Assembly: GCA_051877795.1 (NCBI GenBank)
Contig: JBJEJG010000040.1
Coordinates: forward strand, 1,110 to 65,109
Origin: Acetatifactor sp.
Lineage (GTDB): Bacteria; Bacillota; Clostridia; Lachnospirales; Lachnospiraceae
Direction: 5' to 3'
DNA: 64,000 nt
Shown: one piece after another, positions 27,391-37,809 of the stretch
Layout of the letters: every line of letters starts with the position of its first letter
Numbering within the stretch: the first letter of the stretch is position 1
Made by a program: the position numbers and the translations under genes
The notes under the pieces: model-generated
Databases searched by the model: none
What the model saw: the letters and a program-made list of their open reading frames with translations, nothing else
What the model was told of the DNA's origin: nothing

Positions 27391-27663
27391 ATGACGATAG
27401 ATGCCGTTTCGGATATCGTCAGAGAGGCCCTGTTCCTGATTATCAGAACCTCGTTGCCGGTGCTGCTGGTATCGCTGATTGTCGGTCTGATTATCAGTAT
27501 TTTTCAGACAGTCACCTCTATTCAGGAGCAGACGCTTACCTTTGTACCCAAAATTATATGTGTATTTCTTGCACTGGCTGTCTGCGGACATTGGATGATG
27601 AACGCCATGGTAGAGTTCATGACGCAGCTCTGGTCCAGCTTTTCCGTGTATGTACACAGATAA
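27391..27663 (+). CDS. fliQ: Flagellar export apparatus protein FliQ
   Basis: 90 aa with REALFLIIRTSLPVLLVSLIVGLIISIFQTVTSIQEQTLTFVPKI. Confidence 0.93.
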   Translation: MTIDAVSDIVREALFLIIRTSLPVLLVSLIVGLIISIFQTVTSIQEQTLTFVPKIICVFLALAVCGHWMMNAMVEFMTQLWSSFSVYVHR

Positions 27664-27681
27664 AGGGCACGGGAGAGAAAT

Positions 27682-28464
27682 ATGGTAAACTTTTCCTTTT
27701 CCATCTATGATTTGGAATATTTCCTTTTGATTTTTACCCGAGTATCCTGCTTTGTTTTTATTGCGCCCTTCTTCAGCATGAAGAATACACCCGCGGTGGT
27801 AAGAATCGGCATCAGCTTTTTTACGGCAATGCTTTTGTATCAGGCAATCACTCCTGCCCAGGCTGTTGTATACAGCAGTGTGATGGAGTATGCGGTCATT
27901 GTTATGAAGGAAGCAATTACGGGTCTGCTGATCGGCTTTGGGGCAAATATCTGTACCAGCATTGTGAACTTTTCCGGTTCTATCGCTGATATGGAGACGG
28001 GACTTTCCATGGCGACGCTGATGGACCCTACAACCAGGGAAAATACCAGTATTACGGGTGTGTATTACCAATATGCCTTAATGATGATGATGATTGCATC
28101 GGGAATGTACAGATACCTTTTCGGCGCTCTGGCAGATACCTTTACTTTGATTCCCGTAAACGGGGCAGTGTTTCATGGTGACTCCCTTGTGGAAGCCATG
28201 TTGGTTTTTCTGAGCGATTATATCATCATCGGTTTTAGAATTGTGCTGCCTGTATTCTGTGCAATTCTTCTTCTGAATGCTGTTCTGGGTGTACTTGCAA
28301 AAGTATCCCCACAGATGAACATGTTTGCGGTGGGTATTCAGCTGAAAATTCTGGTGGGCTTGTCCGTTATGTTTTTTACGGTGGGAATGCTGCCCGGAAT
28401 TGCGGATTTTGTCTTTGAGGAAATGAAAAAAATGATAGTTTCCTTTGTAGGAGCAATTCAATGA
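27682..28464 (+). CDS. fliR: Flagellar export apparatus protein FliR
   Basis: 260-aa polytopic protein with LLIFTRVSCFVFIAPFF...; canonical position. Confidence 0.9.
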   Translation: MVNFSFSIYDLEYFLLIFTRVSCFVFIAPFFSMKNTPAVVRIGISFFTAMLLYQAITPAQAVVYSSVMEYAVIVMKEAITGLLIGFGANICTSIVNFSGSIADMETGLSMATLMDPTTRENTSITGVYYQYALMMMMIASGMYRYLFGALADTFTLIPVNGAVFHGDSLVEAMLVFLSDYIIIGFRIVLPVFCAILLLNAVLGVLAKVSPQMNMFAVGIQLKILVGLSVMFFTVGMLPGIADFVFEEMKKMIVSFVGAIQ

Positions 28465-29570
28465 TTCGATATAACCTGCAATTTTTTGCAAAGGAAGGAA
28501 TGGGCGGCGAAAAGACAGAGCCCGCTACCCAGAAAAAACTGGAGGATGCCCGCAAGGAGGGTCAGGTTGCCAAGAGCCGTGAAATTGCGAATGGCCTGGG
28601 GCTGCTGGCGCTTTTCCTGATTTTGAAGTTCTGGGTAGGAAACATTGGAATTCAACTGTTGGAGGTTTTTGGCAACATCTATAACAGGATTCCGGATATT
28701 GTCACCTTCTGGCACGGAGAGATGCCGCAGGCTACTACAAATGTTGTGTTCAGGCAGCTCCTTTTGAGCGTGCTGACCATCGTTGCGCCTGTTCTGGCAA
28801 TCGGTTTTTTGATAGCCTTTCTCAGCGATGTGGTGCAGGTAAAGTGGCATCCCACCCTGAAACCGCTGCAACCTAAATTTAACAAGCTGAATCCCTTGCA
28901 GGGAGTGAAAAAGCTCTTTTCCGTCAACGCGTTGGTGGAACTGATAAAATCCATCGCGAAAATCGTGTTGATTGTCTATATCTGTTACGGGTATCTCAAG
29001 GATAAATGGGTATATTTGCTCAATCTGTATGATGTAACCCTGATGCAGGCGCTGAATATCGCGGCAAATGTGGTAACAGACCTGGGAATCCGGATTTCAG
29101 CTGTCTATATGATTCTTGCCTTTGCTGACCTTGCTTATCAGAGAATAAAGTTCAAAAACGACATGAAGATGACCAAGCAGGAAATTAAGGAAGAATACAA
29201 GCAGCAGGAGGGAGATCCTCAAATCAAGGGAAAAATCAGACAGAGGATGAACGAAGCCTCCAGAAGACGTATGATGCAGGATCTTCCGAAGGCTGATGTG
29301 GTTATCACCAACCCTACCCATTATGCTGTAGCTATCAAGTATGACCCGGAGGTGGCGGATGCCCCCATTGTTCTTGCAAAAGGTGAGGATTACATGGCGG
29401 CCCGCATCAAGGAAGTGGCGCGGGAAAACAAGATTGAAATCGTGGAGAATAAACCGCTGGCCCGTATGCTCTATGCCAACGTGGACATTGGGCAGGCAGT
29501 TCCGCCGGAGCTGTATCAGGCGGTGGCGGAGGTTCTCGCGTTTGTATACCATTTACAGGGAAAAATCTGA
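28461..29570 (+). CDS. flhB: Flagellar export switch protein FlhB
   Basis: GEKTEPATQKKLEDARKEGQVAKSREI and the autocleavage motif VITNPTHYAVAIKY. There is a 4-nt overlap with fliR. Confidence 0.95.
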   Translation: MIRYNLQFFAKEGMGGEKTEPATQKKLEDARKEGQVAKSREIANGLGLLALFLILKFWVGNIGIQLLEVFGNIYNRIPDIVTFWHGEMPQATTNVVFRQLLLSVLTIVAPVLAIGFLIAFLSDVVQVKWHPTLKPLQPKFNKLNPLQGVKKLFSVNALVELIKSIAKIVLIVYICYGYLKDKWVYLLNLYDVTLMQALNIAANVVTDLGIRISAVYMILAFADLAYQRIKFKNDMKMTKQEIKEEYKQQEGDPQIKGKIRQRMNEASRRRMMQDLPKADVVITNPTHYAVAIKYDPEVADAPIVLAKGEDYMAARIKEVARENKIEIVENKPLARMLYANVDIGQAVPPELYQAVAEVLAFVYHLQGKI

Positions 29571-29629
29571 GCGTAGCCAATGAGACGGAATAAGGTTCCG
29601 ATAAAGATTTACGAAAGGAGGAGGAATGT

Positions 29630-31675
29630 ATGAATGCAAGACTTGCAAAGACAGACGCAATGGTAGCTATTTATATTCTGGTTGCATTCATCATGCTGAT
29701 TGTTCCTCTTCCGGCGGCATTGTTGGATGTCTTCATGGCCTTCAATATTGCCATCGCATTTACGATTCTTTTTGTCTGCATGTTTACCAAGGAAGTCTTG
29801 GATTTGTCCTACTTCCCCACAATTTTGCTGTTTACGACCATCTTCAGAATTGCCATGAATGTGTCCTCTACCAGGCTGATTCTGACAACAGGCACATCAG
29901 GAAACGTGGTGCGGACCTTCGGTCAGTTTGTAGGCGGCGGCGATTTGATTGTCGGCGCTATCATCTTTATCATTCTGATTATGATTCAGTTCCTTGTCAT
30001 CAACAAGGGCTCCGAGCGTGTGGCTGAGGTAACGGCGAGATTTACACTGGACGCTATGCCCGGTAAGCAGATGGCAATTGATGCCGACCTGAATACAGGC
30101 GCCATTGATGATAAGGAAGCAAAAGCGAGACGAGACAAGATTCAGCTGGAAGCCAGCTTTTTCGGCTCCATGGATGGTGCAGTAAAGTATGTAAAAGGGG
30201 ATGCTGTCGCAGGCCTGCTTTTGACGGTTATCAATCTGGTGGGCGGTATAGCCATGGGAATGCTGCGCAGCGGCATGGATATCTCGTCTGCTCTGGATAA
30301 CTATGGCATTCTTACCATTGGTGACGGACTGGTAAGCCAGATTCCATCGCTGCTGATTTCCCTGTCCACCGGTATCCTGGTTACAAAGGGCGGCAAGGAG
30401 GCAGAATTTGGCCCGGCCATCGTGAAGCAGCTTTTCGGTGTACCAAAGGTCATGTATCTTGTGGGCGCCACACTGGCTTTTCTGGGCGTTGCAACCGATT
30501 TAAATACGATTCTTTTTGTGGGAATGGGTATGGTGTTTATTGTCGGCGGAAGGATGATTGCCGGCAATCTGGAGACTGCCCAGATTGAACAGGAGGTTGA
30601 CAGCGAGGAGGCAGCTGCGGAGGAAATCAGACAGCCGGAGAATGTCAACAGTCTGCTGCAGGTTGATCCTATCGAGCTGGAGTTTGGCTATGGCATCATT
30701 CCTCTTGCGGATGTGAATCAGGGTGGAGACCTGCTTGACCGTGTTGTCATGATACGAAGGCAGATTGCACTGGAGCTTGGTACGGTGGTTCCCATCATCC
30801 GTCTGCGAGACAATATTCAGCTGAATCCTAACCAGTACATTATCAAGATTAAGGGCATTCAGGTCAGTGAGGGTGAAATTCTGTTTGACCACTATATGGC
30901 TATGAACCCCGGCTATGTGGAAGAGGAGATTACGGGTATTCCCACCTTTGAACCTTCCTTCCATCTGCCTGCCATCTGGATTACGGAGGGACAGCGTGAG
31001 CGTGCAGAGAGTCTCGGTTATACTGTGGTTGATCCGCCCTCTATTATTGCGACGCATCTGACAGAAATTATCCGGCAATATATTTCTGAGCTGTTGACCC
31101 GTCAGGATGTACAGAATCTGGTTAACAATATTAAGGAAACCAATCCCGCGCTTGTGGATGAGCTGGTACCCAAGCTGTTGGGACTTGGCGAGATTCAGAA
31201 GGTGCTCCAGAACCTGTTGAAGGAGGGTATTTCCATCAGAGATTTGCTCACCATCATGGAGACGCTGGCAGACTATGCGCCCACCACCAGAGATACGGAC
31301 ATTTTAACGGAATATGTGCGCCAGAGCCTGAAGCGTGCCATTTCCACAAAATATTTTCCGGCTCACGAGACAACCAGTGTGGTGACGCTTGACCCCAAGA
31401 TAGAACAGGAGATTATGGGCAGCGTGAAACAGACCGAGAACGGAGCCTTTTTGAATCTGGACCCCAACAGATCAAGAGCCATTATGGACTCCGTGGGGAA
31501 GGAAATTCAAAAGCTGGAAAATCTGGGGAAAAGCCCTATTATTATCACATCTCCGATTGTGCGCATGTACTTTAAGCGCCTGACCGAAGATTATTTTAAG
31601 GATTTGGTTGTGGTTTCCTACAACGAAGTGGAATCTAACGTAGAATTACAGTCAGTTGGGATGGTGACAGCATAA
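29630..31675 (+). CDS. flhA: Flagellar export gate protein FlhA
   Basis: 681 aa. FHIPEP-family TM region (FPTILLFTTIFRIAMNVSSTRLIL, RFTLDAMPGKQMAIDADL) plus a cytoplasmic domain. Confidence 0.97.
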   Translation: MNARLAKTDAMVAIYILVAFIMLIVPLPAALLDVFMAFNIAIAFTILFVCMFTKEVLDLSYFPTILLFTTIFRIAMNVSSTRLILTTGTSGNVVRTFGQFVGGGDLIVGAIIFIILIMIQFLVINKGSERVAEVTARFTLDAMPGKQMAIDADLNTGAIDDKEAKARRDKIQLEASFFGSMDGAVKYVKGDAVAGLLLTVINLVGGIAMGMLRSGMDISSALDNYGILTIGDGLVSQIPSLLISLSTGILVTKGGKEAEFGPAIVKQLFGVPKVMYLVGATLAFLGVATDLNTILFVGMGMVFIVGGRMIAGNLETAQIEQEVDSEEAAAEEIRQPENVNSLLQVDPIELEFGYGIIPLADVNQGGDLLDRVVMIRRQIALELGTVVPIIRLRDNIQLNPNQYIIKIKGIQVSEGEILFDHYMAMNPGYVEEEITGIPTFEPSFHLPAIWITEGQRERAESLGYTVVDPPSIIATHLTEIIRQYISELLTRQDVQNLVNNIKETNPALVDELVPKLLGLGEIQKVLQNLLKEGISIRDLLTIMETLADYAPTTRDTDILTEYVRQSLKRAISTKYFPAHETTSVVTLDPKIEQEIMGSVKQTENGAFLNLDPNRSRAIMDSVGKEIQKLENLGKSPIIITSPIVRMYFKRLTEDYFKDLVVVSYNEVESNVELQSVGMVTA

Positions 31676-32886
31676 TGATAATCAAGAAATTTGTGGGAAA
31701 AACAGAGGATGAAGCAGTGGAGGCTGCCAGAAAAGAGCTGGGCAGCGGCATTGTGATTATGAATGTCAGAAGAGTAAAGAAAAAAGGACTGGCGGGAGTG
31801 TTCGGTTCCAAACAGGTGGAGGTCACAGTAGCTCTGGAGGAGGAAAAGGAGACTCTGCGTCCGGCGAAGAAGGAGGCGGCTGTCAGCGTTGTAAGCGACA
31901 GCTCCCGGAACATTGAGAAAAAACTGGACAGTCTTCAGACGCTTCTGGTAAATCGTTTCCAACAGGATGAGGCGGCTCGCAGTGAAAAGGCTGCGGAGCA
32001 TGAGGAAGAAAAAAACGATGAGAAGGACAGCAGGAGTGAGAAGGGTGATAAAATCGAGGAAAAGCCGGCAGAAGAACAGGAGCATTCCGAACAGGAGAGA
32101 TTTCTTCGGCTTTTGTACAACACTATGCTTGAAAATGAGGTGGATGAAAAATATGCCAACCAGATTCTGGAGGATGTGGAAAAGACAAGGAAACCCAACC
32201 TTCCATTCGATTACCTTTTAGCAAATGTATATCAGAAAATGATTTTAAAATTCGGTAAGCCGGAGGGAATTCTGCCGGCAGAAAAAGGCCCCAGAGTAGT
32301 GGTTTTCATGGGTCCGACAGGTGTGGGAAAGACAACTACGATTGCCAAAATTGCAAGTAATTTCTGCATCGGGGAACAGAAGAAGGTTGCGCTTCTCACG
32401 GCTGATACCTACAGGATTGCGGCAGCGGAGCAGCTTAGAACCTATGCCAATATTCTGGAAATACCTTTCCGCATCATCTATACGGAGGAGGAAGCTAAGA
32501 CGGCAGTTCTGGACTTTGGGGATTTTGATTATATATTTGTCGATACGGCAGGACATTCCCACCAGAATACAGAGCTTCTGGAAAATATGAAGAAGCTTCT
32601 GAAGGCAGTGTCGGAGGTTGGAGAATGCCAGACCTTTCTGGTGCTTTCGGCTACCACAAAGTACCGCGATTTACAGAAAATCGCATCCAGCTATAAGGAG
32701 GTGTCGGATTACCAGCTGATTTTTACCAAGCTGGACGAGACGGCAACGCTGGGAAACTTATTGAATCTAAAGCTGTATGCAGATGCTGCAATCACTTATG
32801 TTACTTATGGACAGAATGTTCCCGATGATATTGAGCAGTTCAATCCTCAGAAGACAGTAAAACAGTTATTAAGCACAAAACATTAG
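31675..32886 (+). CDS. flhF: Flagellar SRP-type GTPase FlhF
   Basis: G1 GPTGVGKTTTIAK, G3 VDTAGHS, TKLDET. The N-terminal B-domain is basic/acidic. Confidence 0.9.
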   Translation: MIIKKFVGKTEDEAVEAARKELGSGIVIMNVRRVKKKGLAGVFGSKQVEVTVALEEEKETLRPAKKEAAVSVVSDSSRNIEKKLDSLQTLLVNRFQQDEAARSEKAAEHEEEKNDEKDSRSEKGDKIEEKPAEEQEHSEQERFLRLLYNTMLENEVDEKYANQILEDVEKTRKPNLPFDYLLANVYQKMILKFGKPEGILPAEKGPRVVVFMGPTGVGKTTTIAKIASNFCIGEQKKVALLTADTYRIAAAEQLRTYANILEIPFRIIYTEEEAKTAVLDFGDFDYIFVDTAGHSHQNTELLENMKKLLKAVSEVGECQTFLVLSATTKYRDLQKIASSYKEVSDYQLIFTKLDETATLGNLLNLKLYADAAITYVTYGQNVPDDIEQFNPQKTVKQLLSTKH

Positions 32887-32897
32887 GAGGGTAATAT

Positions 32898-33770
32898 ATG
32901 GATCAGGCGGAACAGTTAAGAATTATCAAGGCCAGCCAGCAGGTGCGACCATTGGCCCGGGTTATCACTGTTACCAGCGGAAAGGGCGGAGTGGGAAAAT
33001 CCAACACGTCTATCAACCTTGCCATACAGTTTCGCAAAATGGGAAAAAGAGTCATCATTCTGGATGCGGATTTTGGGCTTGCAAATATAGAAATCATGTT
33101 TGGGGCGGTGCCCAAACACAATCTTTGTGACTTGATTTATCAGGGCAAGAATATTCGGGAAATTATTACCTGGGGACCAATGGAGGTTGGATTTATTTCA
33201 GGCGGAAGCGGTATCGCGGGTATGTCTAATTTGAGTCGCGATTATTTGAATTATATTATTCAGAATCTGGCGCAGTTGGATGCCATTGCGGATATCATCA
33301 TCGTGGATACGGGTGCAGGAATTTCTGACGCGGTGCTGGAATTTCTGGTAGCAAGCGGGGAAATCCTTCTGGTGACGACGCCGGAGCCTACCTCCATCAC
33401 AGATTCTTATTCTCTGCTGAAGGCACTGTACCGGCATCCCCGTTTTGACGAGGAGGCAACTAAGGTAAAGATGATTGCCAACAGGGTGGCAAAGGAGGAG
33501 GAAGGACAGATCCTGTTCAATAAACTCAATGCGGTTGTAGCCAGATATTTAAAAATTCCCATGTCTTATCTGGGATGCGTGCCGGAGGATATTCAGCTTT
33601 CCAGATCGGTAATGCAGCAGGAGCCGGTATCATTGCAGAATCCCACGGCAAAATCCTCTGTTGCTTTTGAAAAAATTGCGCGCAGGCTGTTGGGCGCGGA
33701 AGAGACAGGACGTCAGCCTAAAAGGGGAATGGCGGCATTCTTTTCGCATATTATTAACGGAAAAAGATAG
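32898..33770 (+). CDS. flhG: MinD/ParA-type ATPase FlhG (YlxH)
   Basis: Deviant Walker A TSGKGGVGKSNTSINLA, followed by ILDADFGLANI. It lies directly after flhF. Confidence 0.9.
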   Translation: MDQAEQLRIIKASQQVRPLARVITVTSGKGGVGKSNTSINLAIQFRKMGKRVIILDADFGLANIEIMFGAVPKHNLCDLIYQGKNIREIITWGPMEVGFISGGSGIAGMSNLSRDYLNYIIQNLAQLDAIADIIIVDTGAGISDAVLEFLVASGEILLVTTPEPTSITDSYSLLKALYRHPRFDEEATKVKMIANRVAKEEEGQILFNKLNAVVARYLKIPMSYLGCVPEDIQLSRSVMQQEPVSLQNPTAKSSVAFEKIARRLLGAEETGRQPKRGMAAFFSHIINGKR

Positions 33771-33811
33771 AGCGGTGCGCTCAATAACATGGCATAGGAC
33801 GGGTGAAAGAT

Positions 33812-34537
33812 ATGCTTTCAAAGTTTATCTCAGAGGGAAATATGATTGAGCTTCAGGCTGTAGACAGGGGCTTTGGAGAACATACGGAAGAGAGGAAGAT
33901 TTATTATAGCCAGATATATGAAATTTTGTCAGAGGACACCATGGAAATTACGATGCCCATGGAGAAGACAAGACTTATTCTTCTGCCGGTAGACGGCGAA
34001 TTTGATTTGGTGGTGTACGGGACAAACGGCTTGTACCAGTGCTTTGTGAGGATTATTGACAGGTATAAGAGTGATAATGTCTATCTTCTTGTGGTGGAAT
34101 TGACGAGTAATCTGAGAAAGTACCAGAGACGTGAATATTACCGTCTCAGTTGTGCGCTGGAGATGAGTGTCAGGAATTTGGAACCGGAAGAGATTGAAGC
34201 CATAGAGAACAAGCAGCCCTATGCCCCGACACCGGGGCTTCCGTTAAAGCAGAGTGTCATTGTGGATATTAGCGGTGGGGGAATACGTTTTCTCACTACT
34301 CAGCGATATGAACCGGACAGCCTGCTGTATATCAGTTATTATCTCTTGAAAAACGGAGAGAGAAAAAGATATGAGACAGTGGGAAAAGTGCTGAACGTCA
34401 GGGAACTGGAAAACAGACCGGGCACCTATGAACACCGTGTACAATATGTTAATATGGATAATGATACACGGGAGGAAATCATCAGATACATATTTGAAGA
34501 GGAAAGAAAGAGCCTCAGAAAGGAGAGGTTGGAATAA
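33812..34537 (+). CDS. PilZ-domain c-di-GMP receptor (YcgR/MotI-like flagellar brake candidate)
   Basis: RxxxR (RREYYR, codons at 34127-34144) and D-x-S-x-x-G (DISGGG, 34265-34282) are both intact. There is an N-terminal YcgR-N-like domain. GTG 33803 is an alternative start. Confidence 0.85.
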   Translation: MLSKFISEGNMIELQAVDRGFGEHTEERKIYYSQIYEILSEDTMEITMPMEKTRLILLPVDGEFDLVVYGTNGLYQCFVRIIDRYKSDNVYLLVVELTSNLRKYQRREYYRLSCALEMSVRNLEPEEIEAIENKQPYAPTPGLPLKQSVIVDISGGGIRFLTTQRYEPDSLLYISYYLLKNGERKRYETVGKVLNVRELENRPGTYEHRVQYVNMDNDTREEIIRYIFEEERKSLRKERLE

Positions 34538-35619
34538 TGGCAAAAAAAATTTTACTGGTTGATGACTCTGCACTCATGAGAAGAGTGCTTTGTGATATAA
34601 TAGACAGTGATGAGAGATTTCAGGTTGTTGCCAGAGCGACAAACGGTCTGGAAGCCTTTGATTTACTCAGCAGGAATCAGTATGATGCAGTAGTTCTTGA
34701 CGTGAATATGCCCAAGATGAACGGGCTTCAGCTTCTGGAGGAACTGCGGAAATTCAAGATTCCGGCGAGAGTCATGATGGCAAGTACGGATACCAAGGAG
34801 GGCGCTAAGACAACCATGGATGCCCTGGAATTAGGGGCTCTCGATTTCATACATAAACCGGACAGCGCTGTGGACTGCCGCGTGGATGCATTCAGACAAG
34901 AATTCCTGCGAACCCTGGAGGTAGTGGCGAACAGCAGTATGCCTGTATTTGAGTCAGAAGAGAAGATTCAGGAAAGCAGGCAGATGACTTCCAAAATGGT
35001 GGATATTGCGAAGAAGTTTTCTGCGAAGACGCCCGGCACCAAGGTAGTTGCTATTGCAAGCTCTACCGGAGGTCCCAAGGCTTTGCAGTCAGTGATTCCC
35101 AGACTTCCTGCGGAACTGGATGCACCGGTTCTTCTGGTACAGCATATGCCCAGAGGCTTTACTGCTTCTCTGGCAGAAAGACTGAATGAACTGAGCAATA
35201 TTAAGGTGAAGGAAGCGGCTGAAGGAGATGAACTGGAGCGGGGAACCGTTTATATTGCCATGGGAGGCCAGCATATGAATGTGCGGACCTCACCGGGGGG
35301 GACGTGTACGATTCATTATTCGGACGAGCCTAACAGAGAAGGCGTAAAGCCTTGTGCCAACTATATGTATGAGTCTCTCTCTGACAGCCGGTTTGACAGG
35401 ATTGTCTGTGTGGTGATGACAGGCATGGGTGCTGACGGAACGGAGGGAATCAGGAACCTGGAGACAAGAAAAAAGGTGCATGTCATCTCTCAGGATCAGT
35501 CCACATGTACCGTCTACGGAATGCCCAAGTCAGTTGTAAACGCGGGATTGTCTGACCAGGTGGTTCCACTGGAGCAGATTGCTCAGGAGATTATTTTAAA
35601 TGTTGGAGTCAAAGGATGA
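34537..35619 (+). CDS. cheB: Chemotaxis methylesterase/deamidase CheB
   Basis: REC (ILLVDDSALMR, VVLDVNMPKMNG) plus a CheB catalytic domain (VAIASSTGGPKAL, LVQHMP, MTGMGADG). Confidence 0.93.
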   Translation: MAKKILLVDDSALMRRVLCDIIDSDERFQVVARATNGLEAFDLLSRNQYDAVVLDVNMPKMNGLQLLEELRKFKIPARVMMASTDTKEGAKTTMDALELGALDFIHKPDSAVDCRVDAFRQEFLRTLEVVANSSMPVFESEEKIQESRQMTSKMVDIAKKFSAKTPGTKVVAIASSTGGPKALQSVIPRLPAELDAPVLLVQHMPRGFTASLAERLNELSNIKVKEAAEGDELERGTVYIAMGGQHMNVRTSPGGTCTIHYSDEPNREGVKPCANYMYESLSDSRFDRIVCVVMTGMGADGTEGIRNLETRKKVHVISQDQSTCTVYGMPKSVVNAGLSDQVVPLEQIAQEIILNVGVKG

Positions 35620-35669
35620 AGAGTCATCCTTTACGGCAATAAGTTTATGAGAAAGGAATGGGTATTAGT

Positions 35670-37790
35670 ATGGACGTAAGTCAATATCTTGAAATCTTCC
35701 TTGACGAGACAAAGGAGCATTTGCAAAATCTGAACACGAGGATTCTGGAACTGGAGTCCGATGCCGAGAACATGGATACGATTAATGAAATTTTCCGTGC
35801 CGCACACTCGCTGAAGGGCATGGCAGGTACCATGGGCTACAAGAGGATGCAGAATCTGACCCATGATATGGAGAATGTGTTTTCTGAGGTCAGAAACGGC
35901 AATATCAAAGTAAACTCGGGCATGATTGATGTGCTTTTCCAGTGCCTTGACGCCCTGGAGGAATATACCGATAACATTCAGTCGTCGGCTGACGAGGGTA
36001 CCAATGATAATGAGGAACTGATTAAACAGCTGAATGATATTTTAAACGGCGAAGGCGCAGCTTCCGAAAAAACGGAAGCGCCGGCAGCATCCACAGCATC
36101 TGCACCCTCTGCGGAAGCCGACTGTGCAAAATGGGATGCAGTTGCCCTTGACGATTCTCAGATTAAGGTCATAAGGGAAGCTAAAAAGCAGGGCAAGAAG
36201 GTATACGGCCTGAATGTGGTTGTTCAGGAAAATTGTATTCTGAAGGCTGCAAGAGCTTTTCTGGTGTTTAAGGCAGTGGAGGAGCAGGCGGAGATTATTA
36301 TTTCAGACCCCAGTGCGCAGGATGTGGAGGATGAAAAGTTTGACAGAGACTTTACTCTGGTTGTTTTGTCTGATGCAGAGCTTGACGTTATCATCAAAGC
36401 AGCAGAGGGAGTGTCTGAAATCGAAAAGGTAACCGGTGCACCTATTGTGCTGGAGAACAATAAGAACTATAACGCAAATGAGGAAGCAGCAACCGAGGAA
36501 ACGGCACCCGTGGCAGAAGCGACGGTCGTGGCAGCACCTGCTGATACTGCTTCTGCACCTGTTGCAGCAGCGGCTGCAGCACCTGCGGCAAAGTCTGCCG
36601 GAGACACAAAGAAACAGGCACCCGGAAAACCGGTTGTAAACCGTACCGTCCGTGTGGACATTGAAAAGCTGGATTCCCTGATGAATCTGGTGAGTGAATT
36701 GATTATTGCCAAGAACTCGCTGGTTTCCGTTTCCAATCAGGAGCAGACCAATACAAACAGCGCATTTAACGAGCAGATTGAGTATCTGGAACAGGTTACG
36801 ACAAACCTTCATGAATCAGTTATGAAGGTACGAATGGTGCCTATCGAGAGTGTCGTAAGCAAGTTCCCCCGGATGATTCGGGATTTGTCCAAAAAGCTGG
36901 ATAAGAAGATGGAACTGTATATGACAGGTGAGGAGACGGAGCTTGACCGTACCGTAGTGGATGAAATTGGTGACCCTCTGATGCATCTGTTGCGCAACTC
37001 CGCAGATCATGGTCTGGAGTCGGCAGAGGTTCGTGCACAGCGCGGCAAGCCTGCTGTAGGTTCTATTTTCCTGGATGCATATCAGGATGGAAATAACGTT
37101 GTCATTGAGGTAAGGGATGATGGTAACGGCATTGATGCAGAGGCTGTCAAAAATAAGGCAATCGAGAGAGGAATTATCACACAGGAGCAGGCTGCCAATA
37201 TGGCAGAAAAGGACATTATTAATCTGCTGTTCCTTCCCAGCTTTTCTACGGCAAAGAAGGTTACCGATGTATCCGGACGCGGTGTAGGACTGGATGTTGT
37301 TAAGTCAAAGATTGAATCCTTAAGCGGTGAGGTGGAGGTAAAGTCCAAGTTCGGCGTTGGAAGTACATGGACAATCAGACTTCCTCTGACTCTGGCGATT
37401 ATTCAGGCTCTGATGGTAGTTGTAGGAGATGAGAAATATGCCATTTCTCTTGGCTCCATACAGACCCTGGAGGATATTCCGGCAAGTGATGTCAAACTGG
37501 TTCAGAACAAGGAAGTGATTCATCTCCGCGGAGCGGTTATTCCCCTGATTCGTCTGAACGAGGTGCTCGATGTGGAGAGCAAGAAGTCCAAGGATGAAAA
37601 TCTGATTGTTGTCATTGTCAAGAAGGGCGACAAGATGGCGGGACTGGTGATTGATGAACTGATTGGACAGCAGGAAATTGTTATCAAGTCGCTTGGAAAA
37701 TACGTGAAGCAGTGCAGATTTATCAGCGGCGCAACGATTCTGGGCGACGGTGAAATCGCTCTGATTCTGGATGCCAATGCCTTGATTTAG
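35670..37790 (+). CDS. cheA: Chemotaxis histidine kinase CheA
   Basis: MDVSQYLEIFLDE, Hpt His in AAHSLKGMAGTMG, HATPase (HLLRNSADHGLE, DDGNGID, GRGVGLDVV), and a C-terminal CheW-like domain. The ORF is open from 35658. Confidence 0.96.
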   Translation: MDVSQYLEIFLDETKEHLQNLNTRILELESDAENMDTINEIFRAAHSLKGMAGTMGYKRMQNLTHDMENVFSEVRNGNIKVNSGMIDVLFQCLDALEEYTDNIQSSADEGTNDNEELIKQLNDILNGEGAASEKTEAPAASTASAPSAEADCAKWDAVALDDSQIKVIREAKKQGKKVYGLNVVVQENCILKAARAFLVFKAVEEQAEIIISDPSAQDVEDEKFDRDFTLVVLSDAELDVIIKAAEGVSEIEKVTGAPIVLENNKNYNANEEAATEETAPVAEATVVAAPADTASAPVAAAAAAPAAKSAGDTKKQAPGKPVVNRTVRVDIEKLDSLMNLVSELIIAKNSLVSVSNQEQTNTNSAFNEQIEYLEQVTTNLHESVMKVRMVPIESVVSKFPRMIRDLSKKLDKKMELYMTGEETELDRTVVDEIGDPLMHLLRNSADHGLESAEVRAQRGKPAVGSIFLDAYQDGNNVVIEVRDDGNGIDAEAVKNKAIERGIITQEQAANMAEKDIINLLFLPSFSTAKKVTDVSGRGVGLDVVKSKIESLSGEVEVKSKFGVGSTWTIRLPLTLAIIQALMVVVGDEKYAISLGSIQTLEDIPASDVKLVQNKEVIHLRGAVIPLIRLNEVLDVESKKSKDENLIVVIVKKGDKMAGLVIDELIGQQEIVIKSLGKYVKQCRFISGATILGDGEIALILDANALI

Positions 37791-37809
37791 GGAAGGGGAG
37801 TAGACGAAT

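Noticed and set aside
29590-29612. A possible sigma-D (sigma-28) -10 element, TCCGATAA, upstream of flhA. I also made a general search for TAAA-N15-GCCGATAT elements across the window.
   Set aside because: There is no TAAA-like -35 at the right spacing here. Other CCGATA occurrences (for example 8630-8640, 20716 and 43915) also lack a partner element or lie inside genes. I cannot support any sigma-D promoter in this window.
29626-30027. A Cys/His-rich 133-aa plus-strand ORF beginning 4 nt before flhA.
   Set aside because: It is an out-of-frame reading of the flhA 5' region. FlhA in the other frame is fully conserved, so there is no reason to invoke overlapping coding.
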